Below, piece after piece: positions 50,891 through 63,500 of a stretch of 64,000 bases of DNA (position 1 is the stretch's first letter; the number at the start of each line of letters is the position of its first letter). This stretch comes from Lama glama (lineage: Eukaryota). The position numbers were made by a program, and so were the translations under genes. The DNA lies in the NCBI GenBank assembly GCA_028534125.1, contig CM052818.1, forward strand, positions 15,130,001-15,194,000, read 5' to 3'. The notes under the pieces were generated by a model. That model made no database searches, was not told the origin of the DNA, and saw nothing but the letters and a program-made list of their open reading frames with translations.

Positions 50891-53800
50891 AGCAGGATAG
50901 GGTGCTCCCTTTGTAAAACTGCATCTGGGCACATTGTTTCAGTACTGACGCTAACTTAGGACCTGGCTTCTTCCGAGGAACTGGGGTTTTATCCTTTCTG
51001 GTAACACAAATATATGTGTTGCTGAGCAGTTTTCTCTCTCCTTTGGCTCTCAGGAAGCAATTTGACAGGGCTCTGTGACCTATACACAATGCATTTTCAC
51101 TCGTCTTTCTTTTTTCACTCTTGTCTTCACCTTGTTTTGTTTTTCTAGTGTAGTTTGTACTTTCCTTGATTTTCATGCTTTGTCCTTATTTATATGTTAC
51201 TACAACTTGTGTGTGTAGGATGACATCAACTGCATGGTGGAAGGAGGCGGTGAACACTTAGGGAAACCAGGGAGACCAGCAGCAGGATCCACAATTCATC
51301 AGTATTAAGTCGCTCATTCCCTCAAATCATTTAGCAAATACCTCCCACGTGCCACTCACTGTGCCACGTGCACACTCACACGTGCCACTTACTGTGGGAT
51401 GAAAGAAGCTACCATATATGAAAGGAAATCCACTTTTAGATATTTGTAACTTTAAAAATGTGTTTAATTTCCGGCTTGCTCACCCATACATTTGTGTCTT
51501 CATACTGTAATACTATCATGTGGGGCAATTTGTGGTCTGTACTCTGTAATTAATAGTTGTTACCTGATCGTGCATCACCAGGTGAAAACCCTCTGTAACA
51601 TCAGCTTTCCCCCTTTATGCAGTGGCAGCATGTGAATTCTGTAGCAGTTGCATCAGCTGTGGAGTTTGGGGCTGGCCAACTCTTCAAATGACCAAATTAA
51701 CACAATCCAAATCTCCCTTTCCGAAGACATTGGGAAATCTTCCTTGGAGACCCTGGGGGCTCCTCACATGCTAACACAGGGAAACTGGAATTTGGTGGTT
51801 CCGCTTTGGTGAGTAGAGCAGATGGGCTGCTAAGGAGGAAGGCGCACTTGTGACTGTGGGTGGATGTTTTCTGTGTGGGGACACTGCATCTCCTTGAGAT
51901 TTTGTTGTTGTCACTGTTGTCGCCCATGCATTCTCTTCTTTTCCTCCTCCGAGGCTTGAGCATATTTTTTGCGAATGAAAAAAGAAAAAATAATGACAGT
52001 TTTGAATTTGCAGGATGTCTGAGGTCATTCGTACCCAGGGAGATAAGAAAGTTTATTAAGTGTGCACCTGCTGAGGTACTAAAGAGAGGCAGAAAGTGTT
52101 TGTCCTTCATCTTTATTCATGAAGCCCTTGAGGGTGACGGGAAAGGAGACTGGCGATCAGGAGATGGGGCAGACTTGCAGCCAGCCAGCCTGTGCAGGCG
52201 CTGGTGGGTCCCGGCTGCCTCCACTGCTGTGCGTGCTGGGCCCTGCCAGGCCGGCTACTGGGGTGTGCTCTGCATTATGAATGCCTCCCTGGGGTGCTCA
52301 TTTGTATGCTGTGGGGGAAGCCAGCTTGGCACAGTCTCATCTCCCTTGAACCCTGCCTATCCACCGCTGTGACACCAGGGCTCCCAGAATCAGGCAGAAT
52401 TGGGCAAGCACAGCTGGAAGACAGCAGATTGTCTGGAACCAGGGAGAAAAACATGCGTTCAGTCAATTTTAAATTAAGAGGCTTTGTTTACGTTTTCTCA
52501 GCTCCTTTTACAGAGTTAGTCAAATTTTAGATTCCCTCCCAAATTAAACAAGTGTCAGGAACAGATGGCAGGTTTATTTTACTTCATTCAACCTGTTCAA
52601 GGAGTGTGAATTTGGGGACTGATCAGGGCGACACATTTCATGGGAAATTGTCAAAAAAAAAAAAAGCTTGCTGCATGGCTCCTCCAGGAGGAGTGATTTC
52701 CACACATGGTGGCCCGGGGTGAGACTGGTCTGCTGTCCGGAGTTGGCTTCATCCTCTTATCCTGGGAAGGCTGCTAAATAGGAAGGTAGAAAGGCAGGTC
52801 TGGGCTTGTATTTCTGGCTTCTATTCTACCGGGTTTCTTGTGGAGGAAAGAGTAAATCTGGATGGTGTGGCTAATAACATTTATTGATTGTGTCAATGAT
52901 CTAAATTTACATCCACTTCCCAACCAATTCAGGTTGTTCTGTTGCCTTCACAGAAATTTGTGTGTCTTCTCCACCTACCATGACCTCCTCGCTGGAGGGA
53001 GCAAGGGAGGGAAGCGGCTTCACTGGTTTTTCAAACACGTTGAAGGACTTGTTTTGTTGCTTTTTTGTTTGAGCTGGCATTTGGGCAAGGCTGACCTCGT
53101 GGGAAAAACCTAAATCATTTAGACAAAGTTTTACTTGTGGTGCCACAGGCAGTCCTTTCTTTTTATAGATCCAAATAATTGTTTTTCAAAGGGTTTGAAA
53201 AACAATTAGACATAATCACATTGAAATACTTTCTTTGCTTTGGAGATTCATCTCCCAAATGAGGCAGTTCATTTGGAAATGAATAGTGGTTAAAGGACAG
53301 GCAGTGATCTTTTAATGGATAATTTGAGTCTCCATTCCCTGCTTCCCACCCTCCCCCCTTAATAGCATATCACGATTTTTTAAATTATCCAGAGAATTAC
53401 TTCAATTCTCCTCTTAATATTGCATTTGTAGATACAGCGTATAATATCGGGTTTTTAGGCAAATGTTGAAATACTCTAAATCTCCCCGCTTCTTTTAATC
53501 GGTTACTAATATAAAATGACTGCAGAAGTCAATTTCTAATTAAAAATAGAAAAACACCCAGATCAATAGGTGCTCAGCTGTTTAGTATTCGGCTTGGACT
53601 TTTCTCAGAGGTTCCCATTCCTTATTGAATCTGAATGGCTGATGTCAGCTACTCAGCAAGGCTTCAGTCATAACTTAATGTAATACATTGACAGATAATT
53701 GTTATGTGAAGTAAACGATTATCCAGATAGCTAAAGCTTTTCTTAATCTTGTGGTTAGTGTTTACAAGCCTGTGACAAGCATTAAAAATGTGACTATCAG

Positions 53801-54341
53801 TGTTAAAGAAATCTTTTCATTAATCGTAATAAAACAAAAATACTGAGGTTTTTAAGCATACGCCCACAGGAATGGTCTTACTGGCCATGACTGCAGATTT
53901 GCAGAGAAATGTATGCATGCTGAGGTAAAAAGATGTAAGACAATTGGCTGGTGAAGGAAATTCTCTATGGAAAGACTCCCCCCTAAATATTAATGGAGTA
54001 ATTTGTCACAGAACGATGATGGAGGTGTGTTTTCCTAGTTACAGCCAGTTGAGTGTGGCCTGACCTGAAGACAAAAAGAAAGTGAGCTCCTGAATTCCTG
54101 TAAGAAAGAAAAAATTCAGTTTCAGAAATTATTAATTGGTTTGTACTTAACTTGGGGAGAGCCCAAGACATGGTATATGAAGGAAATAGATGTTCCTAGT
54201 TATTTGCTTGCCTAGGCATGAATGCCCATCATCATTAAGCATAGTTTGCTGTTCAATTCATGAATGTAAATATACTACACTGTATATTTTCATAATTGAC
54301 ACTTCACATATCCTACACATGTACCCATAAACAATGATAAT

Positions 54342-54872
54342 TGCTGAAGTGTCATCCTCTGTGCACTGGTGTCAAATTAAGTCTCAGAGACAGAGTTTTG
54401 GGTGAAGTAGAAAAGAAGCAGCTTTAATTGCTTTGTCAGAAAAAGGGGACCACAGTAGGCTAGCACTTTTAGAACTGTGTGTCCACCAGGGATGGGGTGT
54501 GGAGAAGTTTCATGGGAAGGGTCTGGAGTGTGAGATGGGTGATAAGGATCAGGGTGTGCAGGTCTTGCATTCTTCTTGTTCCAGAAATCCATGTGTCATG
54601 GAAATCTCGTGGTGGGTTTGTGGGTTTCTGGAGCTCAGGTGGTTATCAGAATATGACCTTCTTCCTGGAACAAAGGAGGCTTAGGGTGGGGGTAGTGAGA
54701 GTGAGTGTAATGGGAAGGTTAGGGGCTGTTTAGCACAAAAGCAGTTGAACAGGTTTAAACAGAGATGGGGATTTGTCAGAGGAAAAAACAAGTTGCAAGA
54801 ATTCCAAGTCAGAGTGAATCAGCAAACAGCGTTAGCATCAGGGAAACCATTTTGGAGCAGAGGCTAGTTTAC
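54342..54872 (-). mobile_element. ERV1-class solo LTR
   Basis: tgctgaag...tctcagagacagagttttgggtgaagtagaaaagaagcagctttaattgctttgtcag resembles reversed U5/R of cetartiodactyl ERV1 LTRs; far boundary approximate. Confidence 0.65.
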
Positions 54873-54884
54873 TGCTTTAAATAC

Positions 54885-55048
54885 TTTTAATACAGTCTTC
54901 AGTGTCTGTTGGATCCTCGTGATGACCCTGGAGATGATCATTTTATGGGCGAAGAAATCAAGGATCAGAGCAGTAAAGACCTTGTTCCAGGTCACGCTGA
55001 TGGTCAGTACATTTGAACTCAGGTCTGACTGGTTTCATTATGCTGCCC
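54885..55048 (-). mobile_element. MIR SINE
   Basis: gatcctcgtgatgaccctggaga...gaagaaatcaaggatcagag...ccttgttccaggtcacgct...atttgaactcaggtctgact. Confidence 0.7.
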
Positions 55049-56319
55049 TGATAAGAATCTATCCATGGTTTCACACTTAAAGATTTTTACTTTTCGTATT
55101 GCTAGAAATATTTTAGAATCTTATTCTTGGGCTTTGGCTATCTCCATTTAAAATTTTTGGAAGATGTTGGCTTGTTTTGTCTAAGCCAGTAAAACACCCA
55201 GTACATCTTAGCTTGTGGCAAGGAGTTGAGGGAGAAGCTAAACTTCTAAAAGGAGACTGAAAGATCTAATTTTCACATGTGTCTAAAAACCCTTTGAAAA
55301 AGTGGCAAACTGAGTTACAAATTTTAAAAATTCCAACAAAGTTGATTGACATATGAGGAACTAACACATAATATGTTAAAACCAAATTAGTTGTCTACAA
55401 TTATTAGTTTACAGGATATTTGCATTCTCCTGGCAAATTAAAACCCCAGCACTTGGAAGTCATGTTTATTATGGTGATCTATAAAATTAAGAATCTCAAC
55501 CTCCTTCTGTAGTTGGGCATGCCTCATATGATAATTTGCAAATAGGCTTAAACTTTTGCCCTAAGGGTCTTACTATGTGTTTTAGCAAGTTAGAGAACGA
55601 GGAGGAAAAAAAATTACATAGGAAAATAACTTTTCACATTGTCATTGTCTAGGGACTGTTCTCTTTAACTGCTTTAAAATCATCAAAGTGTTGGAAAAAT
55701 AGGAGGTGAAATATAAATAGAAAAATTAAGTGTGGGTATTTAGAACTTTCGGAGGAAATTCAGTTTTACTAAAAATAGCCATCAACTATTATTATTCTGG
55801 TAAAATTATGAGCAACATGAGATATTTATATGTTCTCATTGATGAGATCTAAGGCTGAGAGAGATGGACTGCTCTCAGCATTTCAGGGGTAGCCATGAAA
55901 AAAGGAGTGAGGATTTAGGAAACAGAAAAATGTCTGAATTAATTCAAGGAAAATATGGGCAGGTCTCCCAACAAAGGAGGGAACTAACACCAGGAAGGAA
56001 GTAGTTATTTTCAATTGGCTCCAGATTGTGAAAGGCCCTGGAGGTCTGACTGAATTCCATTTTGATTTTCCCAAGGCTATTTATTGACTATCTACCATGC
56101 TAATTGGTTTTATTTTAAGAGATATTGGAATAAAACAGTAAGGAAAAGATACAAGTTGCCCTGTCAAGGATATTTTAATCCAAAAGGATATGTCAAGAGA
56201 AATATTGAAAAACTGGTGTGTACACACATTTTCCTCATATGCATAAAAATGAAGACCAGAAACACATTTGGCAGGGAGAAAGAGGAAGAAACCAAATGAT
56301 TTATCTAGACACTGAACTT

Positions 56320-56648
56320 CTGTATGGACTCTGTGCCTTCAGCTCTCTTTAGAGATGGCATCGGCAGAAGAAAACTGCCCCACTCACAGTCTTGCCTTTT
56401 TCCAGAGACAGCCCCAAATCTAATAATTGATTGACACTTGAGTATAAAGACCTGGCTTCCTTGTCCCAACCTAAGAAACTCAGAAGGGCCCTCGCGGCTC
56501 CAGATCTCCTTGTAGGGTAGGTGGAAGCCTTTGCTGGGGCTGCGTTGCACCGTAACTCCTCCCTCTGCCCCCTTCCCCTGCTTCTACAGGTGCTGTCCCC
56601 AAGCCCTCCATCTCGCCATCTTCCTTTTGAGAAACCCAGCCGATGACA
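56320..56648 (+). mobile_element. LTR16-like ERVL LTR
   Basis: gagtataaagacctggcttccttgtcccaac...cagctccagatctccttgtagg-like motif...acaggtgctgtccccaag...gaaacccagccgatgaca. Confidence 0.6.
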
Positions 56649-57005
56649 GCTTCTTGGATCTGTTTATGCCACCTCCCTTCTTTTCTGTGACACTGCTTCT
56701 CTGACTTTCTTTTCATCCTGTTTGTCTGCCGTTTTCCTGTCTACTCCCTCTTTTCTTTTACTCATGCCCCATTGTTTCACATAAATATAGACCTAAAATA
56801 AGTTTATTATATTTATCAAGTAGTGTTAATTGCACCTTAATCTTAAAAAATATTTTTATCTCTTTCATATTGCACTCTCCTTTCATTTCTTCTCACTTCT
56901 CTTAAAAAAAAACTATAATCCAACACACTCTCCCATCAAAAATAAATAAAAAATTAGTCCAAACAACTGCATCTCATTTTTGAAAGTACTTATATGGCCC
57001 TTAAC

Positions 57006-57110
57006 CAGGGTGACAGTATATTCTCATTTATACTATTGTCTCAGTACATTAATAGTGCTCCCTTTTACTCTCAGAAGTGCCTTGTCTTAGATGAAAAATT
57101 AGTCACTGTC
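57006..57110 (-). mobile_element. MER81-like hAT-Blackjack element
   Basis: agggtgac...attaatagtgctcccttttactctcagaagtgccttgtcttagatgaaaaatta. Confidence 0.6.
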
Positions 57111-57477
57111 TCCTTGAGAGAGCTTTGTGGGTGTCTTTTAATCTGCAGTTGGAAAAATGTTCCCCTTTTCTAGTTTAAGTGGACATTTATCTAATAAAAA
57201 TTTAATTTCAAAAGGAAATCAAGGTTCATGTGTCATTATCTGTAAACAAAACAAAAAATAGCTTTGATCTGACTCAGAAATAAGCTCTTGCCCTTTTAGA
57301 ATTAAATAAAATGCTTTAAATGCTTGGGAAGAAATTTAATTTAAAACAGTAACCCAAGTAAGGGCTGCCAGTAGTCTTCATAATACTTTGCTACCTTTCC
57401 TGAAGAGTCATACATGTTAACTCAAATCACAGGGGTTTTACTGAAGAACTGCTTCACAAATTAGATCTGAGGACAAA

Positions 57478-58410
57478 ATTCATTTATTCACCAAAAAGTG
57501 GTGCCGTGAGCACTATGGCCAGGCCCTGTTCTAGACATTTTGGAGTACAGTGGTGTCTCTGCTGAAGCAAATAATTGCATGAGAGAAGTGCAACTTACGA
57601 ACAGAACTAAGGAGAAAGTAAAATGGTCATAGTAACTGGCTGGTAGGATTGATAGTCAGGGAGGGCCTCACCGAGGATGGAGTACTTGAACTGTGATCTA
57701 AATGGCAAAGGTCTGCAGATACTACTACTATATATAAAATAGGTAAACAACAAGGTCCTACTGTACAGCACAGGGAACTATATTCAATATCTTGTAGTAA
57801 ATCATCATGAAAAAGAAATATATGTATATGTGAAACAAATGAAAACAAATATATGTATATATACGTATCACTGAACTATTATGCTGTACACAGAAATTGA
57901 CACAACATTGTAAACTGACTATACTTCAATTAAAAAAAATAAATGACAAAGATCTGGGTATAGAGGGTTCTATGGAGAAGGAACAGTGAGTGCAAAGGCC
58001 CAGAGGCGGAGATGAGCTTCAGTATCAAGGAACAGAAAGAAGACCTGAGTGTTTGGAGGGCATCGAGTAGGAGGAGGGAAAGAAGAGTAAGTGGGGCTGG
58101 TAATATGGAGGTACTGTAGGATTTTATTTCAAAGAGATTAGGAAGCCACTGGGATGTTTTCAGCAGAGCATGACATTTGAATTACACTTTTAGACGGTTA
58201 CTCTGGCTTCTGCATGGAGGATGCAGTGCAGTGGAGGCAAGAGTAGAAGCTGAGAGACCAGTTAGGCTGTTACAGGAATCTCAGTGAGTGAGGATAGTGG
58301 CGTGAGTCCAGGTTGGGCATGGAGGACATGGTGACAATGGTTTACTGAGGGGCTGGATGTAGGGGAGAAGAGAAATTGAGCCTGTGGTCTACGTTTCTGG
58401 CTTGCAGCCT
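57478..58410 (-). mobile_element. L2 LINE fragment (interrupted by L1)
   Basis: attcatttattcacc...ggccaggccctgttctag; gtcagggagggcctcaccgagg; gtgagtgcaaaggcccagagg; ggaagccactgggatgttttcagcagag. Confidence 0.8.
57716..57939 (+). mobile_element. Short L1 3' end with TSD, nested in L2
   Basis: aacaaggtcctactgtacagcacagggaactatattcaatatc...actatacttcaattaaaaaaaa; TSD taaatggcaaaggtctg (57699-57715) / taaatgacaaagatctg (57940-57956). Confidence 0.9.
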
Positions 58411-58438
58411 GCCTCTAGTATCTAACAGAGCAAAGGAT

Positions 58439-58439
<1 letters not shown>

Positions 58440-58516
<77 letters not shown>

Positions 58517-58590
58517 TTTCTTCCTTCCTTCCTTCCTTCCTTCCTTCCTTCCTTCCTTCCTTCCTTCCTTCCTTTCTTTCTTTCTTTTTC
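58440..58590. repeat. Compound (CTTT)n(CCTT)n microsatellite at the L1 tail
   Basis: About 150 bp pure pyrimidine tract. Confidence 0.95.
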
Positions 58591-59634
58591 TTTATTTTAA
58601 ACATTTTTTATTGACTTACAGTCATTTTACAATGTTGTATCAAATTCCAGTGTAGAGCACAATTTTTCAGTTATACATGAACATACATACATTCATTGTC
58701 ACATTCTCTTTCACTGTGAGCCACCACAAGATCTGTATATATTTCCCTGTACTACACAGTACAATGTTGTTTATCTATTCTACATTTTGAAATCCTAGTC
58801 TGTCCCTTCCCACCCCTCGTCCCCCTGCCAACCACAAGTTTGTGTTCTATGTCTATGAATCTGTTTCTATTTTGTATTTATGTCTCGTTTTGTTTTAGAT
58901 TCCGCATATGAGCGATCTCTTATGGTATTTTTCTTTCTCTTTCTGGCTTACTTCACTTTGAATGACATTCTCCAGGAGCATCCATGTTGCTGCAAATGGC
59001 ATTATGTTGTCGGTTTTTGTGGCTGAATAAATATACCACATCTTCTTTATCCAGTCATCTGTCGATGGATATTTAGGCTGTTTCCATGTCTTGGCTATTG
59101 TAAATAGTGCTGCTATGAACATTGGGGTGCAGGTGTCATTCTGAAGTTGGGTTCCTTCTGGATATATACCCAAGAGCGGGATGACTGGGTCATATATGGT
59201 AAGTCTATTCCTAGTCTTTTGAGGAATCTCCGTACTGTTTTCCACAGTGGCTGCACCAAACTGCTTTCCCACCAGCAGTGTAGGAGGATTCCCTTTTCTC
59301 CACAGCTTCTCCAGCGCTTATCATTTGTGGACTTTTGAATGATGGCCTTTCTGGCTTGTGTGAGGTGATACCTCATTATAGTTTTGATTTGCATTTCTCT
59401 GATAATTAGTAATATTGAGCATTTTTTCATGTGCCTACTGATCATTCATATGTCTTCATTGGAGAATTGCTTGTTTAGGTCTTCTGCCCATTTTTGGATT
59501 GGGTTGTTTGTTTTTTTCTTATTAAGTCATATGAGCTGCTTATATATTCTGGAGATCACGCCTTTGTCGGTTTCATTTGCAAAAATTTTCTCCCTTTCCG
59601 TAGGTTGTCATTTTGTTTTACTTATGGTTTCCTT
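58440..59634 (-). mobile_element. 5'-truncated young L1 with TSD
   Basis: ORF2 peptides [30 protein letters not shown] and [24 protein letters not shown] gagcaaaggatt at 58428-58439 and 59635-59646. Confidence 0.95.
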
Positions 59635-60367
59635 GAGCAAAGGATTTTTTAAAGGTGGTTCATGGAAGCAGAATGCAGCGTCATTTCCTTTCTCCTTTTA
59701 TGGAAGAGAGCAATGTGCATTTTCCATCCCACAAAATGAGAAAGGAGACCCAGAGCCCCTCAGGGAGGTTGGAGTTGCTTGCACAAAGGGGTAGCCTAGT
59801 GTGCAGCTTGCTCTTCAGTAGATTAACTTTGCTAGCACTGTATCCCTTCATTTCCCAAGGCTCCTAGGCTGTAGGGATGAGAGAGGAGTGTTGCTTGTAT
59901 TCGTTGTGTGTTGTTTATTATCCTGGGTTTTCACCCGCGTGCACTGTGAGATATAGCTTCTATTGATGCTAACGGAAATTTCAGATTTCACAGGTAAGGA
60001 AGAAGTTCAAACTGGTAGATTTTCTTACATAAAAACAGTATTGGAGTCTTAGCCTTGGTAATTAAATTCAATGTCCTCCACTTTTAAATAAACTGCGGGC
60101 CAAAAACAACTGACATGCCTTGGGTTACAGCCAGTCAAAGGTGTAGCCAGGCCTGGGACCCAGACATTCTCTTGGTGATTTTTGCCTTAACGGTCTGTTT
60201 TTACACCAGAGGGGAGGAAACAAAATAAATTCTCACTATTCTGGGGTTCTTTTAGAAACTAGCCAGTAATGGGGGTAAGAACAAGGCTTTTTTGTTCTTT
60301 TCCTCCATTGTTTAGGGATACTTAACTCCACTTCTCTGAAATCTTTAAGTCTGTAAAGTCTTTGATA

Positions 60368-60525
60368 TTTTGGTTTAAGTAGAAAAAAATAATTGAAATG
60401 AAAAATAACTGAAATTAAGTAGAAAAAAATCATTGAAATTTAAGCAGAAGAAATCATTGAAATATTGTGGTTTAAGTAGAAAAAGTTATTTAAGTAGAAA
60501 AAAATGAAATCAATTGAAATAATTG
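60368..60525. repeat. Degenerate AT-rich minisatellite
   Basis: About five copies of ttaagtagaaaaaaat(c)attgaaa-like units. Confidence 0.7.
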
Positions 60526-63500
60526 CATCTTCTCCTTCCTCCTTATTTTTCTCTTCTGTGTCTTTTCCTACTTCCTCACTCTTCTTTGTTCTTGTTATCT
60601 TGCTGGCAAACTCCTGAACCTCACTGTGTTAAATATCTTCTTTCTAAACTGTGCCTTAGCTGCCCCTTGCATGGAAAGGGGAAGGAGATAACATGTGTTT
60701 CACCTTCACAGTGACATATTTCCCTTGGCATTGTATTTAATTAGATTACCGTGAATGTCACGCTGTGTGGTACTGTGTTTTATTAAAGCCAAAATGTGGT
60801 TCCATGATAAAACATGCTGTAAGCCCTGCAGTGCAGTGCAACACGGAATTTGTAGCAACACCCGTGCCTGCTATGGTCTAGGTGGTAAATACTAACCAAA
60901 ACTATGTAAGGGAGAAAAAGGCCAGAGGAGATAAAGGCCAGAGGAGATGGTACTATCCAAGTAAAAACATTGTCAGCTTGTGGCATCCAAGTTTAGTTTA
61001 TAGTAGAAAGTGTCAACTTTTATAATAGTATGAGAATGGAGTATTTCATTGTGGGAATAGTGTTGTGGTCTAGGGTGGGCATTGCGCAGGGCTGAGGTCA
61101 AGGAAGGACTGGAGTGTTCATCTGCTCACTTGTCCATTGGTTCAGTAAATATTTACTGATAACCTGCTTTCTACACAGCATTGAGAGAATGCGTAGCGTG
61201 GTTCCCCCTCAAGGAGCTTCCCCTGCTGACCCACTTCTGAGCTTTATTTTCCTTTTTATTGAAGTGGACCCTGGGTACAATTAAATGGCTTTCAAGAAAG
61301 ACTTGAATCCAAACAATGTTTGCTGACTCTCTCTGTAACAAGTATTAGACTGAGTTCTGTCTATTCAGAGCCTTGGCTGTTTTTTTAAAAAAATAAATAT
61401 TTGGTTTTTCCTCCTCTTATTTTCTTATTTGCTTCTTTTGCCAAATAGAGGAGACTTTGTTTTTTTGGCCATGATTTGTACTAAAGGACACAGGGACATT
61501 CTTTATCTGCAGTTACCTTAGCTGCTGACTCTGCTCTATCTCCTTCCACTGTCTAACTGGGGACTCCTATGGAAATACTCCAAGAGACAGTAAAATGGCA
61601 TGAGAAGAAGCCACATGTTGGAAATGTGTCGTACTCTTAGTTAAGACATCATGGCGGTTGCTCGTATCCAAGGAGCGTGCTCTGATTTTACGTAGCCTGT
61701 GTTCAGTCTTGGGCAGCACCCAGCCATTCACAAGTCAGATTTGTTTGGAGTCTGAGGCTACAAAGAAGTCAGGGTGAATGCTGATTACTGGTGTGTGTGA
61801 GCGTTCACTGCAGGAGCCAAGCCCAGTTAATCCAGAGGGCAGGCTTTCCAAGAGATTTAAAAAGCGGCACTGAAAGGAACATAATGAATCCGCTATTTCA
61901 GGCCTGCCCCTCTATTTGAAGCCTTGAAACATCCTAAAATAGGGCTGTATTGTTAGCTAGCACTTACCCTACCGTGGACTGTGAAAAGAAAAGCTTTCAG
62001 GGGCTGAGGATTTTCCCAAATGAGATAGAATCCAGTTTCCTTAAAGGGCTGTGGGTCTGACTCTCCTAGAATGTTTCTGGGAAGGCAGTTGGTAGCTCTT
62101 TTCAGTGGGAATTACAGAAACTAGATGGTATCACAAGACTGTTTAGGGATGAGGCACCAGAGCTGGGTTACTAGGACCACAGAGATGGATCGATCCGTGC
62201 AGTGAGCCCCACCAGGCTTAACACTGGTAGCTAAAGAGCAGCAGTTCCTGTGTTCATGAAAGTACAGCCCTAAAGTTGATCTATTGCTGTGAAGCGGATA
62301 CCGCTGGAAAGAGGAGTTACTGACAGAATATGATAAATAACACAGCTAGATTATACATGGGAAGAGGCTTAAATCCTTCCAAAGCTAATGGATAGATGAC
62401 AATGACAGTTCAGTCACTGCAGATAAATAATGACAAGTTGCTGGAGAATGGAATACAGGATTAATTCGTACACCATTCGGCATATGAGACTTTAAAAAAG
62501 TCAAGGAGTCAAGTATGTGTAGCGTTAAATATGAATGCCTGGAATGAAGATGGGACAGAGTGAAAGTCAAATCTGTATGTGCCATTGAATATGAGCCAGT
62601 GGTACCTAAAGGCATTATTTTTTTCAATCTCTTGGAGGATCAAACGGTACCTGCCTCTTAATGTGTATGTGTTTCTTAAACGGGAAAAAGAGTCAATGTA
62701 AATTAAAAAAAAATTTTTTTTAATGGATAGCATATTCAGAAGGAATTGCTAATGTGACTTTTGATTCTGAATGTCTGGACCAGCATGAGCAGTACTGGTA
62801 TTTGGCTCTGAGAATGAAAGGCAAGGAACTGAAGAATAAAGAGCAGCTCTGGTCGGCGATGGATGAGAACAGAATGGTAGATAATGAGGGGAGGACGGCC
62901 AGACATGCAGGGCCTTGGATCTCTGGGAGGATAATGGATGAGAAAGGGTGCAGTCGGGGCAGAGAGGATGGAATCATGATGTCTTTGATAAATTGTCTTC
63001 ACTTCAGCCTAGGCATTCTTTACAGCAGACAGAAAGGAATAAAAAGACCGTCCAAAGGCCCATCTTTGAGTTCCACTAATGATGACGTGACAGACGAAAC
63101 ACCTACATCCATACACAGACTCTTTGAAGACACAGATGAGGGAGATGTCATCGAATCTTTTATCTGTTTATTAGATCATTTGAAACAGTGTTTTGGTTAG
63201 AAGCAAAGATGTATGTCTGGCTAGTTAAAAAATAAAGAGACAAGCTTATTTGTATTAATCCAGGGAAAAGTAGTTGTCCACAAGTCACTGACGTGGTTAG
63301 AATGAGTCTTCCTGTTTCATCAAATAAGCAGTATCGTGCACATCTGGATACCCTAGCCTCCCTCCAGACATCACCTAGAGACAGATTTTGATGCATTTTG
63401 TCTTAAAGGGGTGATCAGAGGAGACCCTCAGGAGACAACTGTTTAAGAGAGATGTGGCCTTTGTGTATATGTTGCTGTTATGGCTACTGCTAAAAAAAAG

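Noticed and set aside
51860..52372. 170-aa ORF
   Set aside because: No recognisable domain, atypical Cys/Leu-rich composition, no CpG-island promoter; consistent with chance
58376..58604. Low-complexity FLS/KER ORFs
   Set aside because: Translation of the CTTT/CCTT microsatellite
58895..59445. ORFs with recognisable protein motifs
   Set aside because: Frameshifted C-terminal fragments of L1 ORF2 in a 5'-truncated copy, not a host gene
59985..59993. Possible 9-nt microexon before cag|gtaagg
   Set aside because: Good donor and a branch-like gctaac, but almost no polypyrimidine tract; cannot be supported from sequence alone
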